DNA from: Paraspadella gotoi
Lineage: Eukaryota > Animalia > Chaetognatha
Assembly (NCBI GenBank): GCA_051294375.1
Contig: CM119263.1
Coordinates: 19,615,377 to 19,679,376, forward strand
DNA length: 64,000 bases
Direction: 5' to 3'
Below, in pieces: positions 1 through 16,000 of this stretch. How positions within the stretch are numbered: the stretch's first letter is position 1; each line of letters opens with the position of its first letter. The notes beneath the pieces were generated by a model. It did not search any database and was not told the origin of the DNA. It saw only the letters and a program-made list of their open reading frames with translations. The position numbers were made by a program, and so were the translations under genes.

Positions 1-1703
1 TTATTATATCCATTCTCTGCTATTGTGTCCTATTTTTCGTTCCGCTTTAATGCGAGGGAAAAAAAATTGTCTCTCCCTCCCTACTTCGCTCCTTCCTTCC
101 TTCCTTCCTTCCTTCCTTCCTTCCTTCCNNNNNNNNNNNNNNNNNNNNNNNNNNNNNNNNNNNNNNNNNNNNNNNNNNNNNNNNNNNNNNNNNNNNNNNN
201 NNNNNNNNNNNNNNNNNNNNNNNNNNNNNNNNNNNNNNNNNNNNNNNNNNNNNNNNNNNNNNNNNNNNNNNNNNNNNNNNNNNNNNNNNNNNNNNNNNNN
301 NNNNNNNNNNNNNNNNNNNNNNNNNNNNNNNNNNNNNNNNNNNNNNNNNNNNNNNNNNNNNNNNNNNNNNNNNNNNNNNNNNNNNNNNNNNNNNNNNNNN
401 NNNNNNNNNNNNNNCCCCCCGCCTCACCCGGTCACTCCCCTCCATTTTTTTTGGTTCGAAAAATGTTGTTTTCGTCATTTTTGAGCGATAATTGGGTCGA
501 ACAAGGTTTCCCGCTCATAATTGCCCATTGTTGTTTTTTTCTTCCTGCTTCTTATCCTTTTCAATATTAAAAAAGCTTTTGTCGCGAAGTTTTTTTTTTT
601 TTCTACCCGACAATGCGTCGCAGGTTTGTAACGGCCTCTCGCAATTATATTTTTTTATCGAATTAATGATGTAAGACATTGCACAATCCTTTGAAAAAAA
701 AAAAGGATACTATTAGTATTAAATTTTTGAATTGCGCGCGTTTTATGCTTGTATTAAGAAAAATTTTAAATGGAAAATATAGATTTTTAAATAAGAATTC
801 CATTTGTGTTGTATTTAAAAAAAATCGGTTGAGCCACTCAAGGAGCACCCGAAATAAAATTGGTCAAAAACAAAACAAAAACTTAGGATACAGTTTAACC
901 TTAATTTTCATGCATTCATGTATATATTGAGAGTGAAGCACTGAATTGTTTGCCCCGGTTTTTTATTTCTAAAAATTTCCGCTTCAACTGGGCGCCATAG
1001 CAAAGTCTGAAAATTTTTTTTTTTTAATTTCGTTTCAATTCTTCTTTTTTTGCGAATTTCCTAATAATTTTTGCAGAGATTATTCATTCGTTTTTTTCTT
1101 TTGGTATTAATTCTTTTTTCGATATAACAAAAAGGATTCTCATCACTGTTTAATTCAATTGTTCACAATTCTTTTGAATTTCACCATTATTTTCCGTTTA
1201 GTTATCTTTCATATAGAAATTAATTAATATCCTTCTTTTCTATCTATACCCCTCAACCTATTCTTCCCTTCTGTCTTTTTTCTCTCTATTTTTCATCAAC
1301 TTACTTCATTCAGCCCGTTGTCCTTGTCTCCATTGCTTCACTTCTCTCCAATCTCTATACTTTCTGTTTTCCACCCTCTCTTCTCGGGTCTTTCTATCTA
1401 TTTCTCTATCCTTAGCCTTCCCCTCTCCCATCTCCGCTCTCTCTCTCTCTCTCTCTCTCTTCTCTCAGTCTCTTCTCTCTCTCGAAACTTCTCATCTTCT
1501 CTCTCTGCTCGTCTCTCTCTCTCTCTCTCCTCTCCCTCGCGCTCCTCGGTCAACAACTTTCCCTTCTTTTCTTGGACGCTTCAGACGACGACGTTTATTT
1601 CCTTCTCACATTCGCTCAGCGTAAAAACGGATTTTTGCAATTTCTTACCGCATAAAACATATTAGAGAGAATTAGAGGAGAAGAGAGAAGAGGAGAGAGA
1701 GAC

Positions 1704-1751
<48 letters not shown>

Positions 1752-2474
1752 CATAAAATTCACCCCACTGCTGAGAGAGTGATATCAGAAATAATTCGCC
1801 TTTTGTTGCGATGAAAGGAAACGTTGGCACAACATTGCTGAAAACGAGTGAATGAACAATCTTAGATTAAATCTTCTGGTTGTGACCAGGCGTCTGTATA
1901 ATCTCAATATTTCAGAATATTTTACAAAGTGTGTTTGGAAGGTCAGGAGGTGGGATTGTGAGAAACTCACACAGGCAGTGAAGTCAGCGTGAGCGATGGG
2001 TAAGAAAGAAGTGAATCTGTCTGATGGATTTGAACCTCGGGGTGAGTGACTCTAATTCGGGATTTCTGTCGCGAAGTTCTTCGATTCGTTTTTGAGAAAT
2101 CTGCTTTCCTTCCTTCCTTCTTTCCTTCTTTCTTCTTTTTTTACATTTCTTCTTTTTTTCTCTCGCTTCGTTCAACCGAATTCTCATTCTTTCATTCATC
2201 TTCTCTTTTCTTTTACTTCTTTTTTTGGAATTCCTTTTTTACTTTTCTTTAATTCCACCTTTCTTACACCGGGTAGTTTTTAATGGTTTTTTGTTGTCTT
2301 CCCCTTTTCTTTCATAGGGATTCCCTTTTTCTTTTCTTCTTTATTTTCTGCGTGCGTCTCATTTCATGGCTTTCTACTCGTTTTCTTAGAATCTTTTGTT
2401 TTTTCCCTTTTCCCCCTTCATTTTTTTCCTCCCTTAACTCAGCCGCTTTTGTATTTGTTTTTCTTCCTCCACTC

Positions 2475-2509
<35 letters not shown>

Positions 2510-3234
2510 CTCATCTCTCTCTCTCTCTCTCTCTTTCAATTTTTATCTTCTATAGACCTTCGAGTGAGATAACGTAGTTTGCAGTTACCATTCTGGATAT
2601 TTATAGTTTTAATATTTTGATTTTTGTTTTCATATATGTTTATGTTTTCGTTAGTTTTCCTTTTTTTCAACTTGTTTCCTTTCCTCCTTTTCATTACTTC
2701 TCCCCCTTTTCCTTTCCTCCATCGCCGGGGACTCATTTTCTTCGCGCCTCACTTAATCTCTTTCTCGTCGTTATCTTCTTTTTTTTGTCGTTTTGTCATC
2801 CTCCCTCTTGTCAGTTTGTCATCTTCCTTCTTGTCCTCGTGACGATCTTTTTGAGTCGTTTCATTGTCTTCAGCCTTTTCGTTTGCTGAAATATTTTCGG
2901 TATTTCATTTTTTGGTTATTGTTCTCGCTAGATTATCATTTCCTAAGAAATTGTTACACCCAAAAAAACAGTTATCCATTCAATGCTTCATTACTTTTAA
3001 GCAATAATCTTCGAAATAGTTATTTAATAGGATATTTTTTGGGGACCAATATATTTTCCGCGCCTTCATCCATCTCTCACAAATTCAATCTATATAAAAC
3101 TCTCTCCCATCTCTTTCCTCGTCGGCATCCATGCTCGTTACCATGCCCTGCCTTTTCCGTTTTCTTCCCTCCATGTCAACCGCATGAGCGGACTCTCTAA
3201 AAATTCCGGCGTAAAGCGCAGCAGACTTTATCAT

Positions 3235-3271
<37 letters not shown>

Positions 3272-3418
3272 TAGACATTTGAAGAGGACGCTGCCTCACG
3301 CAGCCAAAGGAGCGACGGACGACGTATTGAGCTTTTGTCTAGAAAATCTGTCAGCGATCGTTTATGAAAACGTTGCTATTGCCATGTCCACTTCTCTTCT
3401 TTTTTCTTTCATTTTTTC

Positions 3419-3420
<2 letters not shown>

Positions 3421-3511
<91 letters not shown>
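3421..3511. repeat. (TTTC)n microsatellite
   Basis: Directly visible. Confidence 0.97.
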
Positions 3512-3513
<2 letters not shown>

Positions 3514-4344
3514 CTATTTTTTTTGGTTTAGTATCTGTGCAAAGAGTTATAAATATACATATAAACATATATTTTCTTCATCTTTTTTGTTATTTCCAGA
3601 ATTCTCCTTCCTCATTCTGCCCCTAACTTCGTTTAAGAACTCTCCCCCGCAGACCTTTGGCTCTCCTAAGTTAGTTTAGGTTTTTCTGCTGCCAATAACA
3701 GTTGCATTAGCTCGCCACTTTTATTAGAATGGACAGAAGGCGGGGGAGAAGGAGAAGCGAAAGAAAGAAAGGGGAGTGGGGCGGGTGAGTAGAGCTAAAG
3801 CGGAGAAAAATATGAGACAAAATAAATAATGAGGAAAATACCTCGCTTTTTCTTTTTTTTCTGCGACAACGTCAAGACTCAAGACTGAACTGCGATTTTT
3901 CGATTCAAGATTTTCCTTTCATTTTTTTCTTTCTCCTCTTCCCGTCTTTTGCAATCTCCATTTTAATTCGACGAGGGTTTAACCTTTTGAACCGAAAACA
4001 AAAGACAATAATAACTCGAAAATTGCAAAAAGGGAGCGAAAAAAAATGGATGGAAACACTTTTTTTTCCGTCTTGAGGTGACGAGGAAAGAGAAAAGAGG
4101 GAAATTCTCTTAGTTTTTTTTTTCTTTTCGTCATTCGGAGGCCATTTGTCTTTGAATTCCGACGCAAGTCGCGCCTCTTTCGGCGAACCGCGGGATTCGA
4201 GGACAAAAGGGCATCGATTTTAGTCTCACCTTCGGATCGCTTCAGGGCGAAGGATGGGTTTTGGACAGATGGACGATCGGAAACAGCACATAATATGAAT
4301 TTGTGCTTTGACGTAATATTACTGCCCGTTGGAAAAGAACAGTG

Positions 4345-4620
4345 ATAGCGTAATAGTGCCGTTGGCTAACGCTTCACCTTCGAACGAATGGGTTCTGGTA
4401 TCCATGATCGGAACGGTTAAACGACCGGGAGCCATTCTGCCGCAGGACCCTAAGTAAGGGAAAGCGAAGCAACTAACGGCGAAAGCTCCCAGGACTCACT
4501 ATGTGTGGGGGTTATCCACGCAGTCAAAGGGGCATGGCGACCCTTGCTTGGCTTGGTCACTCATAGCACATAACATAACATAACATAACATAACATAACA
4601 TAACAGCACATAACTCATAA
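4345..4620 (+). mobile_element. Putative SINE-like element with structured body and (ACATA)n tail
   Basis: High-complexity, GC-richer ~220-bp segment with several hairpins and a degenerate tRNA-like head (TAGTGCCGTTGG as a possible A box). It is directly followed by an (ACATA)n tail (~4568-4620), a typical SINE 3' end. No target-site duplication found and only one copy in the window. Confidence 0.4.
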
Positions 4621-5021
4621 CGCATAGGGTTGAAAAGGAATAAACTGAAAGAGATGGAGAAGGCAAAAAAGAATTTAAAGAAAATGAGCAAAATTGAACA
4701 GAACCTCCGGAATCCATCTCGTCCTAGGTTCGCGGGAAAAGCTAGTATATAAGTATAAGTAATTATAAGTAATTTATTTTTCAACTCTCGACTAAGATTG
4801 TCGCCTCGACCTTACACGCGCCCTTACACGCGCAGTTAATCATCGCACAATGCGGCGGATGCGACCGCGCCGCGTTACCCATGTCCCGCGGGGAGCGGAG
4901 CGACGCGAGGATGAAAATATATCTCCTGAAAGGAGAGGAGAAGTTTATGCGAATCCATGAAAATAATGAATAAAAGGAAGAGATGCGAAAAAAATAGACT
5001 CGAGAGATCGAGAGAGAATGG

Positions 5022-5132
<111 letters not shown>

Positions 5133-6287
5133 CGTATCTCGGCTTCAAATAACCCCCCTGAGGACAGACCTACTTTATCATACTCAATATCAACTCAGCT
5201 TTGTTCGAGGACGATGAGATGAGAATATAAGATGAAGATAAGGATGATTCGATGATGTGATTAGCTCGAGATGAGGTGAGGTTTTGATTAGGATGAAATT
5301 ATAACCTCACCTTCGAAGAGAGGAAACTCGTCTCTCTCTTATACAACGAATTTTGACGAAGGCGTCTCGCGATACTGATGTCAATTGAATTATCATCTCA
5401 TTGTATTTTTTAAAATTCTAAAAATATTATATTCGTAATTTAAATTTTGAATTTAATAGCAGTTGAATCCTATTTAAATTGAGTATTTGAATCGATATAA
5501 GTCACGCAATTCATATGTATCAGGAAAAATCCGTCCTATTTATAAAACATTAAAAAAAAAATTTAATAATCTGTGGCCTCGCGGTATTTTCAAGGTTTGC
5601 GTAAAAAAAGGAGGTGATAGGGGAACGAAGTGGGGGAAGGCGGGATGCCCTAGAGGCTTTTTTTTAAAAAAAAGATGAGGCCTTAAAAGAGTTCGTTCGG
5701 GGATTCGAAAAGAATCGAAATATTGGAAAAGGTCATGGCGAGCAGCCAACTCGAGAATAATAAGAAATGTCCGCTTGAACGATTGCCAAACTCGAAAGAC
5801 TGTTCCTGTTACACCCATCAGATTTTGCCCCCGCCACCAATAATTAAACACACTGCTGCCGACAGAGACGAGCACAGAGAGATAGACAGAGAGATCCGAC
5901 GAGACTGGAGCGACTCTGAGCAGACGACCGAGAGGACGAGAGCCGCGAGAGAGAGAAGCACGAGAGAGAGACGAGGAAGAGGCAGCGAAGACGTCATCAT
6001 TCCCCCCGGGCGGGAAAAGGAGCCCAGGGGATGATAAGTGCGGTTGAGAGCGAAGACAGCGGAGAACTGAAGTAAACAAATCTAAAACGATTTCTAGTAA
6101 TATTAATAAACCTACTGTATATAAAGTAATATAGTTAGTGGCTCTTTCTATTTCCTTTTCTTTTAAATCTCACATTACTTACTTCTTTATCTTCTTCACT
6201 GCCTCCTTTCCGTTTTCTCTCTTTCGAGTTTCATTCGGATCAATTTTCCTTAATTTTCCCCCGCCGTCTGAGAAAAGAGAGCCGGCA

Positions 6288-6327
6288 GACGGACGGACGG
6301 ACGGACGGACGGACGGACGGACGGACG
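6288..6327. repeat. (GACG)n microsatellite
   Basis: Directly visible. Confidence 0.95.
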
Positions 6328-6484
6328 AAGATATGGACCGAAGAACGGACGGACGGAGGGAGAGACGAACGGTCGGGTGAAAGATGAGACGGACGGACCA
6401 TCTGTGCTTTATGGATCCCTGATGATTCGAACAATGATGAGATTTTCTTTCATTTACGGGAGTAAGAAGAGGGTGAAAATGAGA

Positions 6485-9478
<2,994 letters not shown>

Positions 9479-11920
9479 AGCTGAGATAGAAAGATGTGAG
9501 AATAAAGATGAGGAGACAATGGTGTGAGGATCTCTAAAGAGTGAAAGAAGAAAAAGAAAACATCGGAGACTGAGATTCGGAATTTTCGCGTCTCGACGAT
9601 TTCCGTTTAAAAATAAAACAATCGAGATTTGCATTGCAGAATAAACGCGTCTCTTTTCACACACAACAGACAGGGACTGGGATTCTGTACGTGTGTGAAA
9701 GGAGTGCGAAAGGAAGGAAACGAAAAGAAAAAAAGGAAAGGAAAAAAGAAAATTCAGATTTTAACGTTAAAAAAAAGATGGCGACCATCGAAAATGTAAT
9801 CAAAACGAATCAAATATGCGATTCAAATGGTCGCCGTTTTGCGGAACTGCTCCTTCGTTTCTTTGCCACATTTTGCAATTTTCTTCACAAAACTGGCTTC
9901 GCCTTTAAAAAAAAAAAGAAAAGAACGAGAATGCTGCGTTGAAAAAAAAAAGCGAGAAAGAAAGTAAAGGAAAATGATGCAAGCATAACACGTTCGCAGA
10001 AAATGAGAAGACGGAAGAAAAAAAAGGAAGACGGAGAGAAAAGAGAGGAAAAGAGAGAAAAGAATTATGAAGGAAATAAAGTCGCGAAAGAAGGAAAGAA
10101 GAAATTCGTCTGAAAAAAAGAAATAACCAGAGAAGAAAAAAAAAAAAAAGGAAATAAAAAAGAACGACAACGCGAAAAGAAAATTAATGAGGCGAGCGGG
10201 CGGGGGGGGGGAAGGATGGGGGCGGAAGGGAGAAAGCGACGAAGAAACGAAGATAAGACAATGAGAAAATAATTAAATGATGGAACCGAAAAAGGGTTGA
10301 GGGTTTGTGGAAGAAATGGGAGAAGACGGAGGAGGAGGATGAGGAGGAGGATTAAAAGGAGGCACAGGAGGAGGGTAACAGGCGAGGATATAAAAGGCAA
10401 AATCTATGAATGAGAATGAGAGAGAGAGGCAGAGAGAGAGAAAGAGGTCGATGACACGATATGATGCGATAAACAAAAATTAAACAGATAAAAACAGAGA
10501 AAAAACCGGGCGCGCGAGAAACAGAGAGACAGAGAGCCACAGAGGGAGAGCGAGAGATAGAAAGAGAGACGCGGAAAAGGAGAGAAAAAAAAGGGAGAGA
10601 AAGACTGAGAAGGAAGGAGGGAAAGAGATTATGCGTGTCCATGAAACGGCGTAATAAAGACCATCAAAATGTCGTTATGGCTTTTGAAATAAATAAAAGC
10701 AAACGGGTGTCGCCATCTCAGAAATTGCGCAAATAAATCGCTGTTGACCCCTAAAATCTGACGCCACGTGACGCCCAAAATCGGCGTCGTAATTGGACGC
10801 CGCAATTCGAAGCCAAATTCGAAGGCGATTAGTCGATGCGGATGACGACGCCCTCTGTACTGGCACAGAAACTGAGGTTGTTTCTTCAGTCGCTGATATA
10901 TTTGACGAAGAGACTGGATGAACGATGGCACGATTCTTTATTCACGGTGAGGCCGATGAGGGCGGGGCAAATAGGATACTAGCGTCAGTTATAAGACGAC
11001 GTCTGCAAGAGCTGGAGATTCGCACTCAGAAGAGAGAACACGAATCATCAACTCTTCGATTCCGAGATATTTTGACATTTTTGCGTCGGGTAACACTATT
11101 ATTATCCCAATTATTATATTCGTTAAAGTAAAAAGAATTGACTTAGTGAGTCGATAGGATTCTTAACTAAAACCGAATCCTTCCTCCTTCCGTCCCGAAC
11201 TCACCCTCCCCTTACCCTTCCTTACTCACCGTCCCTTACCTCCGTCGTCAATCCTCACGGAGAACTGTCAGAGAAACCTTTTCGATTATTTTTTCGTCCT
11301 CACCATCTTCCACCTTTAACCCTAAAGCGCACTCGCTCTCGTTCTCTCTNNNNNNNNNNNNNNNNNNNNNNNNNNNNNNNNNNNNNNNNNNNNNNNNNNN
11401 NNNNNNNNNNNNNNNNNNNNNNNNNNNNNNNNNNNNNNNNNNNNNNNNNNNNNNNNNNNNNNNNNNNNNNNNNNNNNNNNNNNNNNNNNNNNNNNNAACG
11501 TCGGGGAGAATATCGCATTCCTCCACCCCTGGCCCCGTTGGCCTCCCGGCCCGCGACGCCCCTAACTAACACAGCCCCTTCCCTCCGGACCTCCCCACCC
11601 CAATCTTTTCTACTGGCAATACTGCCCATCTTCACCCCTCAACCACACCCCCGGAGAGACTTTCTCCGGTGTGCCAGATTCGACCCGCGCTATCAGATCG
11701 TGACTTGAGCTCGAGCGTTGGAGAGGCGAAGCGAGGACCGTCTCTCGGTCCTTGACCGAAGGAGAGAGAGAGTTTTCTCATTCCCTAAAGGACCTGAGCG
11801 ATCGTTATGAGCCAATGACGGCCATCATTTTGGATCAGGAGGAGTCAACGGACCGAAAGGGAAGGAGCGGTGGGCATAATTGTGGGTCACGATTACCAAA
11901 TGGCCGTTGGGGCGGAAAAG

Positions 11921-12339
11921 GGAAAAGATTGACTCAAAAAATTTTCATACGTAATTTGAATTTTTTTGGGTTGTATACTAAACTTAAATCCTAACGTTAA
12001 AAGTTTACAAAAAGTGTTTTCTCTATAGCGAAAATGAGATTAATGCCAGAGTCAAAAAACAAAGTATACCAACATTTCCTCTACGAATACATCCGTCCCT
12101 TCGGTTGACCTGTTTATATTTTCCCTCTGCCATTTTCCCGCGTTCTCTTTGTCCGAAGCGGCGATATTCATCCCCTTGAGTTGACGTGTTTATTTCTCGA
12201 TCCTTTGTTCGTTTCTCTTTTTTTTTTTTATTCGCGTCCCTCGCCGATCGGGTTTCCCTTTGCCTCCCCTTGTCATTCGTCTCTTCGAGGCGAATAAATC
12301 TTTTTTTAAAATCGNNNNNNNNNNNNNNNNNNNNNNNNN

Positions 12340-12374
<35 letters not shown>

Positions 12375-13072
12375 GGATGTAAACTGTCACGAGGATTTTT
12401 TTCGAGATGGCTGGTCCGCGGGTTCACAGGCCAACGGCGCGAACGAGATAAGGAAAGCGTCGACGCTGGGATGAACAGAGCAAAAGGTGAAGGGGGGGGC
12501 GTGAGTGAAAGAGATCGCTGCTTGGTTGGCGCTTGGTTGGCGGCTTGGTAGGGCTCATACTTGGCTGAATGGAAAAAAGCCGGAAAGTAGAAGTTACAAT
12601 CAATTGACTCACGATGTAAACCCCCCCCCCAATTTGCGCGGCGACACGGCGACACGGCGAGATCGCCACGGATCTTGACGCCGCCACGATTTTAAAAAAA
12701 GATTTATTCGCCTCGAAGAGACGAATGACAAGGGGAAGGCAAAGGGAAACCCGATCGGCGAGGGACGCGAATAAAAAAAAAGAGAAACGAACAAAGGATC
12801 GAGAAATAAACACGTCACTGAAGGGGATGAATAGTCGCCGGCTTCGGACAAAGAGAACGCGGGAAAATGGCAGAGGAAAATATAAACAGGTCAACCGATG
12901 GGACGGATGTATTCGTAGAGGAAATGTTGGTATACTTTGTTTTTGACTCTGGCATTAATCTCATTTTCGCTATAGAGAAACACTTTTTGTAAACTTTTAA
13001 CGTTATGATTTAAGTTTAGTATACAACCAAAAAAATTCAAATACGTATGAAAATTTTTTGAGTCAATTTTCC
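11921..13072. repeat. Inverted duplication: arms ~11921-12314 and ~12687-13072
   Basis: The arms are reverse complements with scattered 1-bp indels (e.g. ttgactcaaaaaattttcatacg vs cgtatgaaaattttttgagtcaa). The left arm ends exactly at the 25-N gap 12315-12339. Confidence 0.93.
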
Positions 13073-16000
13073 ACGGTTCCTTTTTTACATCGATTTACTC
13101 GGCATGGAGTTGCACAAGAATGAGATTGCCGGGATACGTTTCCGGACCTTTGGGCTACACAAAAAATGGTAATCAAATTTTCCTAATGCACAGTGTTTTT
13201 TATAAATTTAATATTAAAATTAGCTATATAAAATCAATAAAGTAAATAAAAAAATTTTTTAAAAATGGTTTAATTTTTTAAAAAATGAAAATAATCATCC
13301 ATCACCATAATCTGATGAACAATTTACTTTCGTTTGAGTCCATAACCAGTTAATTCTATCTTAATAGTTTATTTGTAATTAATTTTCTTTTATTAAAATA
13401 TATTTTAATTTTTTTTCAAAAATATAATATTAAATTAAAAAATTATACTATGCAAATGATTGAAAGAAAAATTTTATGATTATAAGGGACTTACCTAACC
13501 TAATATAAGGCTTCAAATACATATATAGTAAGTTTATTATAATGATGTTTTTGACATAGAAAATAATAATTTATGAAAATTAAATATATGAAAAAAATTT
13601 AACTTTGAATTTTTTTTTAGCATAATAAACATAATTATTAATTAATTTGTTTCATGACTGCTTTAATACTACTGCGTCAGGTTGTATCATTCTCATTATA
13701 AATAATTTTATAAACTTTTTTTATTAGTTTAGTTAATACTGACTGCTATATTTACTTACTTTTGACAAAATCCAAAAATTACTGGTTATTAAAAATTATG
13801 TATGAAACAGACGAAACTTTTTTTTCAATCAACATGCTATTTAATTGTTTGAACTGATTATAATATTAATCGTCTTGGACAAAATTTAAAAAAGTTTTAA
13901 ACAATCCCAAGACTAGACATTTTAAGGTTGTTCAAATGGTATAAATATTTGATTATTCGGTGTATTCTAGGCTTTAGTAGGTTTTTAGATTCTTTATATT
14001 ACAGTGTAGCCTGCTATGTTGTTAATATATGCTATTTACAGGTGAAATGGAAGGCGTGTCGTTCATATTATTAGTACTAGTTGTAATTCCGTTGCTGATT
14101 GCATGTTTGCGATCGTTTGTCTGGTGCCATGTTGCGCGCGACATTGCTTGGGCCATATGAGTATTCTATTAAAACAACTCAAAATTGATATATAAAACCC
14201 TCATTCTCTGCTCGTTCACTATCTTCTCCTCTTCGTTTCAATGCATCTCATCTCTCTCTCTTCATCGATCCGCTCTCATTACTATCATTTTTTCTTAAAG
14301 TTTTTGAAAAAATCCGTTTTTCACTTTTTCCTCTCTCTTTCTTAACTCTCTATCACTCTCTCTATTCCTTCGGAGCACTTACCAGCCCTAGAGGGGAAAC
14401 ACGAAGTTTCTCACCTGTTTTCTGCGTGTAGATCCACCTTATCTTGTGCCTGACTTTTTTCTTTAATTTTTACTTTGTTATATTTCGCTTATTCGTCAGT
14501 AATTCCGACATCATTGGTTAAACTAAAAAAAGGAAGTACAAAAATATATGGAAACCTCCAAGGGACGAAGAACTCATTCGTCGTCTGTAAAAGAATATGT
14601 GGAACGAAAAACAAGACGATCATGATCGAACTGACGGAAAAAGAAAAGACGACAGACGAAGAAAAGAATGAGTAGAAGACGACCAAAGACAGTATTAAAC
14701 GAGCTTTATGTCTAATTGTATTATAAAATCAAAGAATAATGAGAGGAATAAAGCCGGGTTCCGTCAACTAGACAACAATATATTGGGGAACTAAAATTGC
14801 TCAGAAAGTGACAATCAGTTAGTTACAACAGATCGAGCACTGAGATGGCCTACTAGTTGATTCAATTAAAATGCAGAAACGACAGAAATACAAAACAGAA
14901 GAACATGGAGGAATTAAAATCTCATGAGAGAGTATAGACTGTTCTATGACTCCACCACACGACAATTTGAAAGTGGACGCCGGGAACAGATGGCGACCGA
15001 CGTTTGCCAACAAAACGAACGACGACCACCACCAACAACCACAACAACGGACGACGACGACGACGAATAGGCCGACGTTCCCCAAAGTCCGACGAAATGA
15101 AAAGAGAGAAATATCCTCTCCTATATTTTCCAATTTCAACGCCGACGTTTCCTTGGTCTTCGCGTGGATTTCTATTTTTTTTAACTTACGTTCCACTTTC
15201 TCCGCCCAGGTTTTCTTACTATAATGAATGATAGTTATTATTAATTCTAGTTATATGTATATTATTTGCTTTTTCTCACTGTTTTTTATTTATTTTAGAG
15301 TTGTATAGTTTTACATATTGAGTACGTTGTATAAGTTTTTTATCTTGAAATGTACAGATGAGTACTCACTCGACTTGATAATTATTGTAGAATTGTGTCG
15401 CTCAGGTACCTGATCATGTCTTATAGTGTGTTTATATATTCGGAGATAATTAACTACGGAAGTGACGAGAGTAAATTTTGTCATTTCATTGAGTACAAAC
15501 GATTTTTATTTTTATTTTACTCTTGAATTAAATAGTCGAATTCTAATTCTTTAATTGTTTTTTCTCGATTGTCTTCCGTCACGACTTACTCTTTCCTTTT
15601 CTTATTCACTTTTCTTACTGATTACTAACGAGGTGCTTCAGACATAATTAATAAAATCTATATATATCACAGACCTCGGAAATTAAATCGCCATTTTCGA
15701 AAAGTTTCTTTTAATTCTAGGTCTGACCGTCGCGTAGTTGGCGGAGACGTCGTACAAGACTAAACCTACGGCACACATTCTTCTCTGTCGATAACTCAGA
15801 ATTATTTCTTCATTTACTGGAGAAAACATCGAAATTGGCGTTAATTTTGATGAGCGATGACGTTTGCAGGATACAAACGTAGGTTTTTTTTTGTCGCGAC
15901 AGCGTTTTTCTGCAGGCTGGCCGTCCACTCGACGCTGTGCGTCATTTTGTCCACGGCTGCAGTTGCTGACTCGTCCTATTTTGTCTTTTGACAGAATTCG

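Noticed and set aside
4425-4490. Hammerhead or HDV-like ribozyme (CGGC-GAAA; minus-strand GGCAGAATGGCTCCC)
   Set aside because: There is no CUGANGA core before the stem, and no P3/L3/P1 pseudoknot could be built.
14475-14675. Lys/Glu-rich ORF as a terminal exon
   Set aside because: No recognisable homology and an ambiguous frame.
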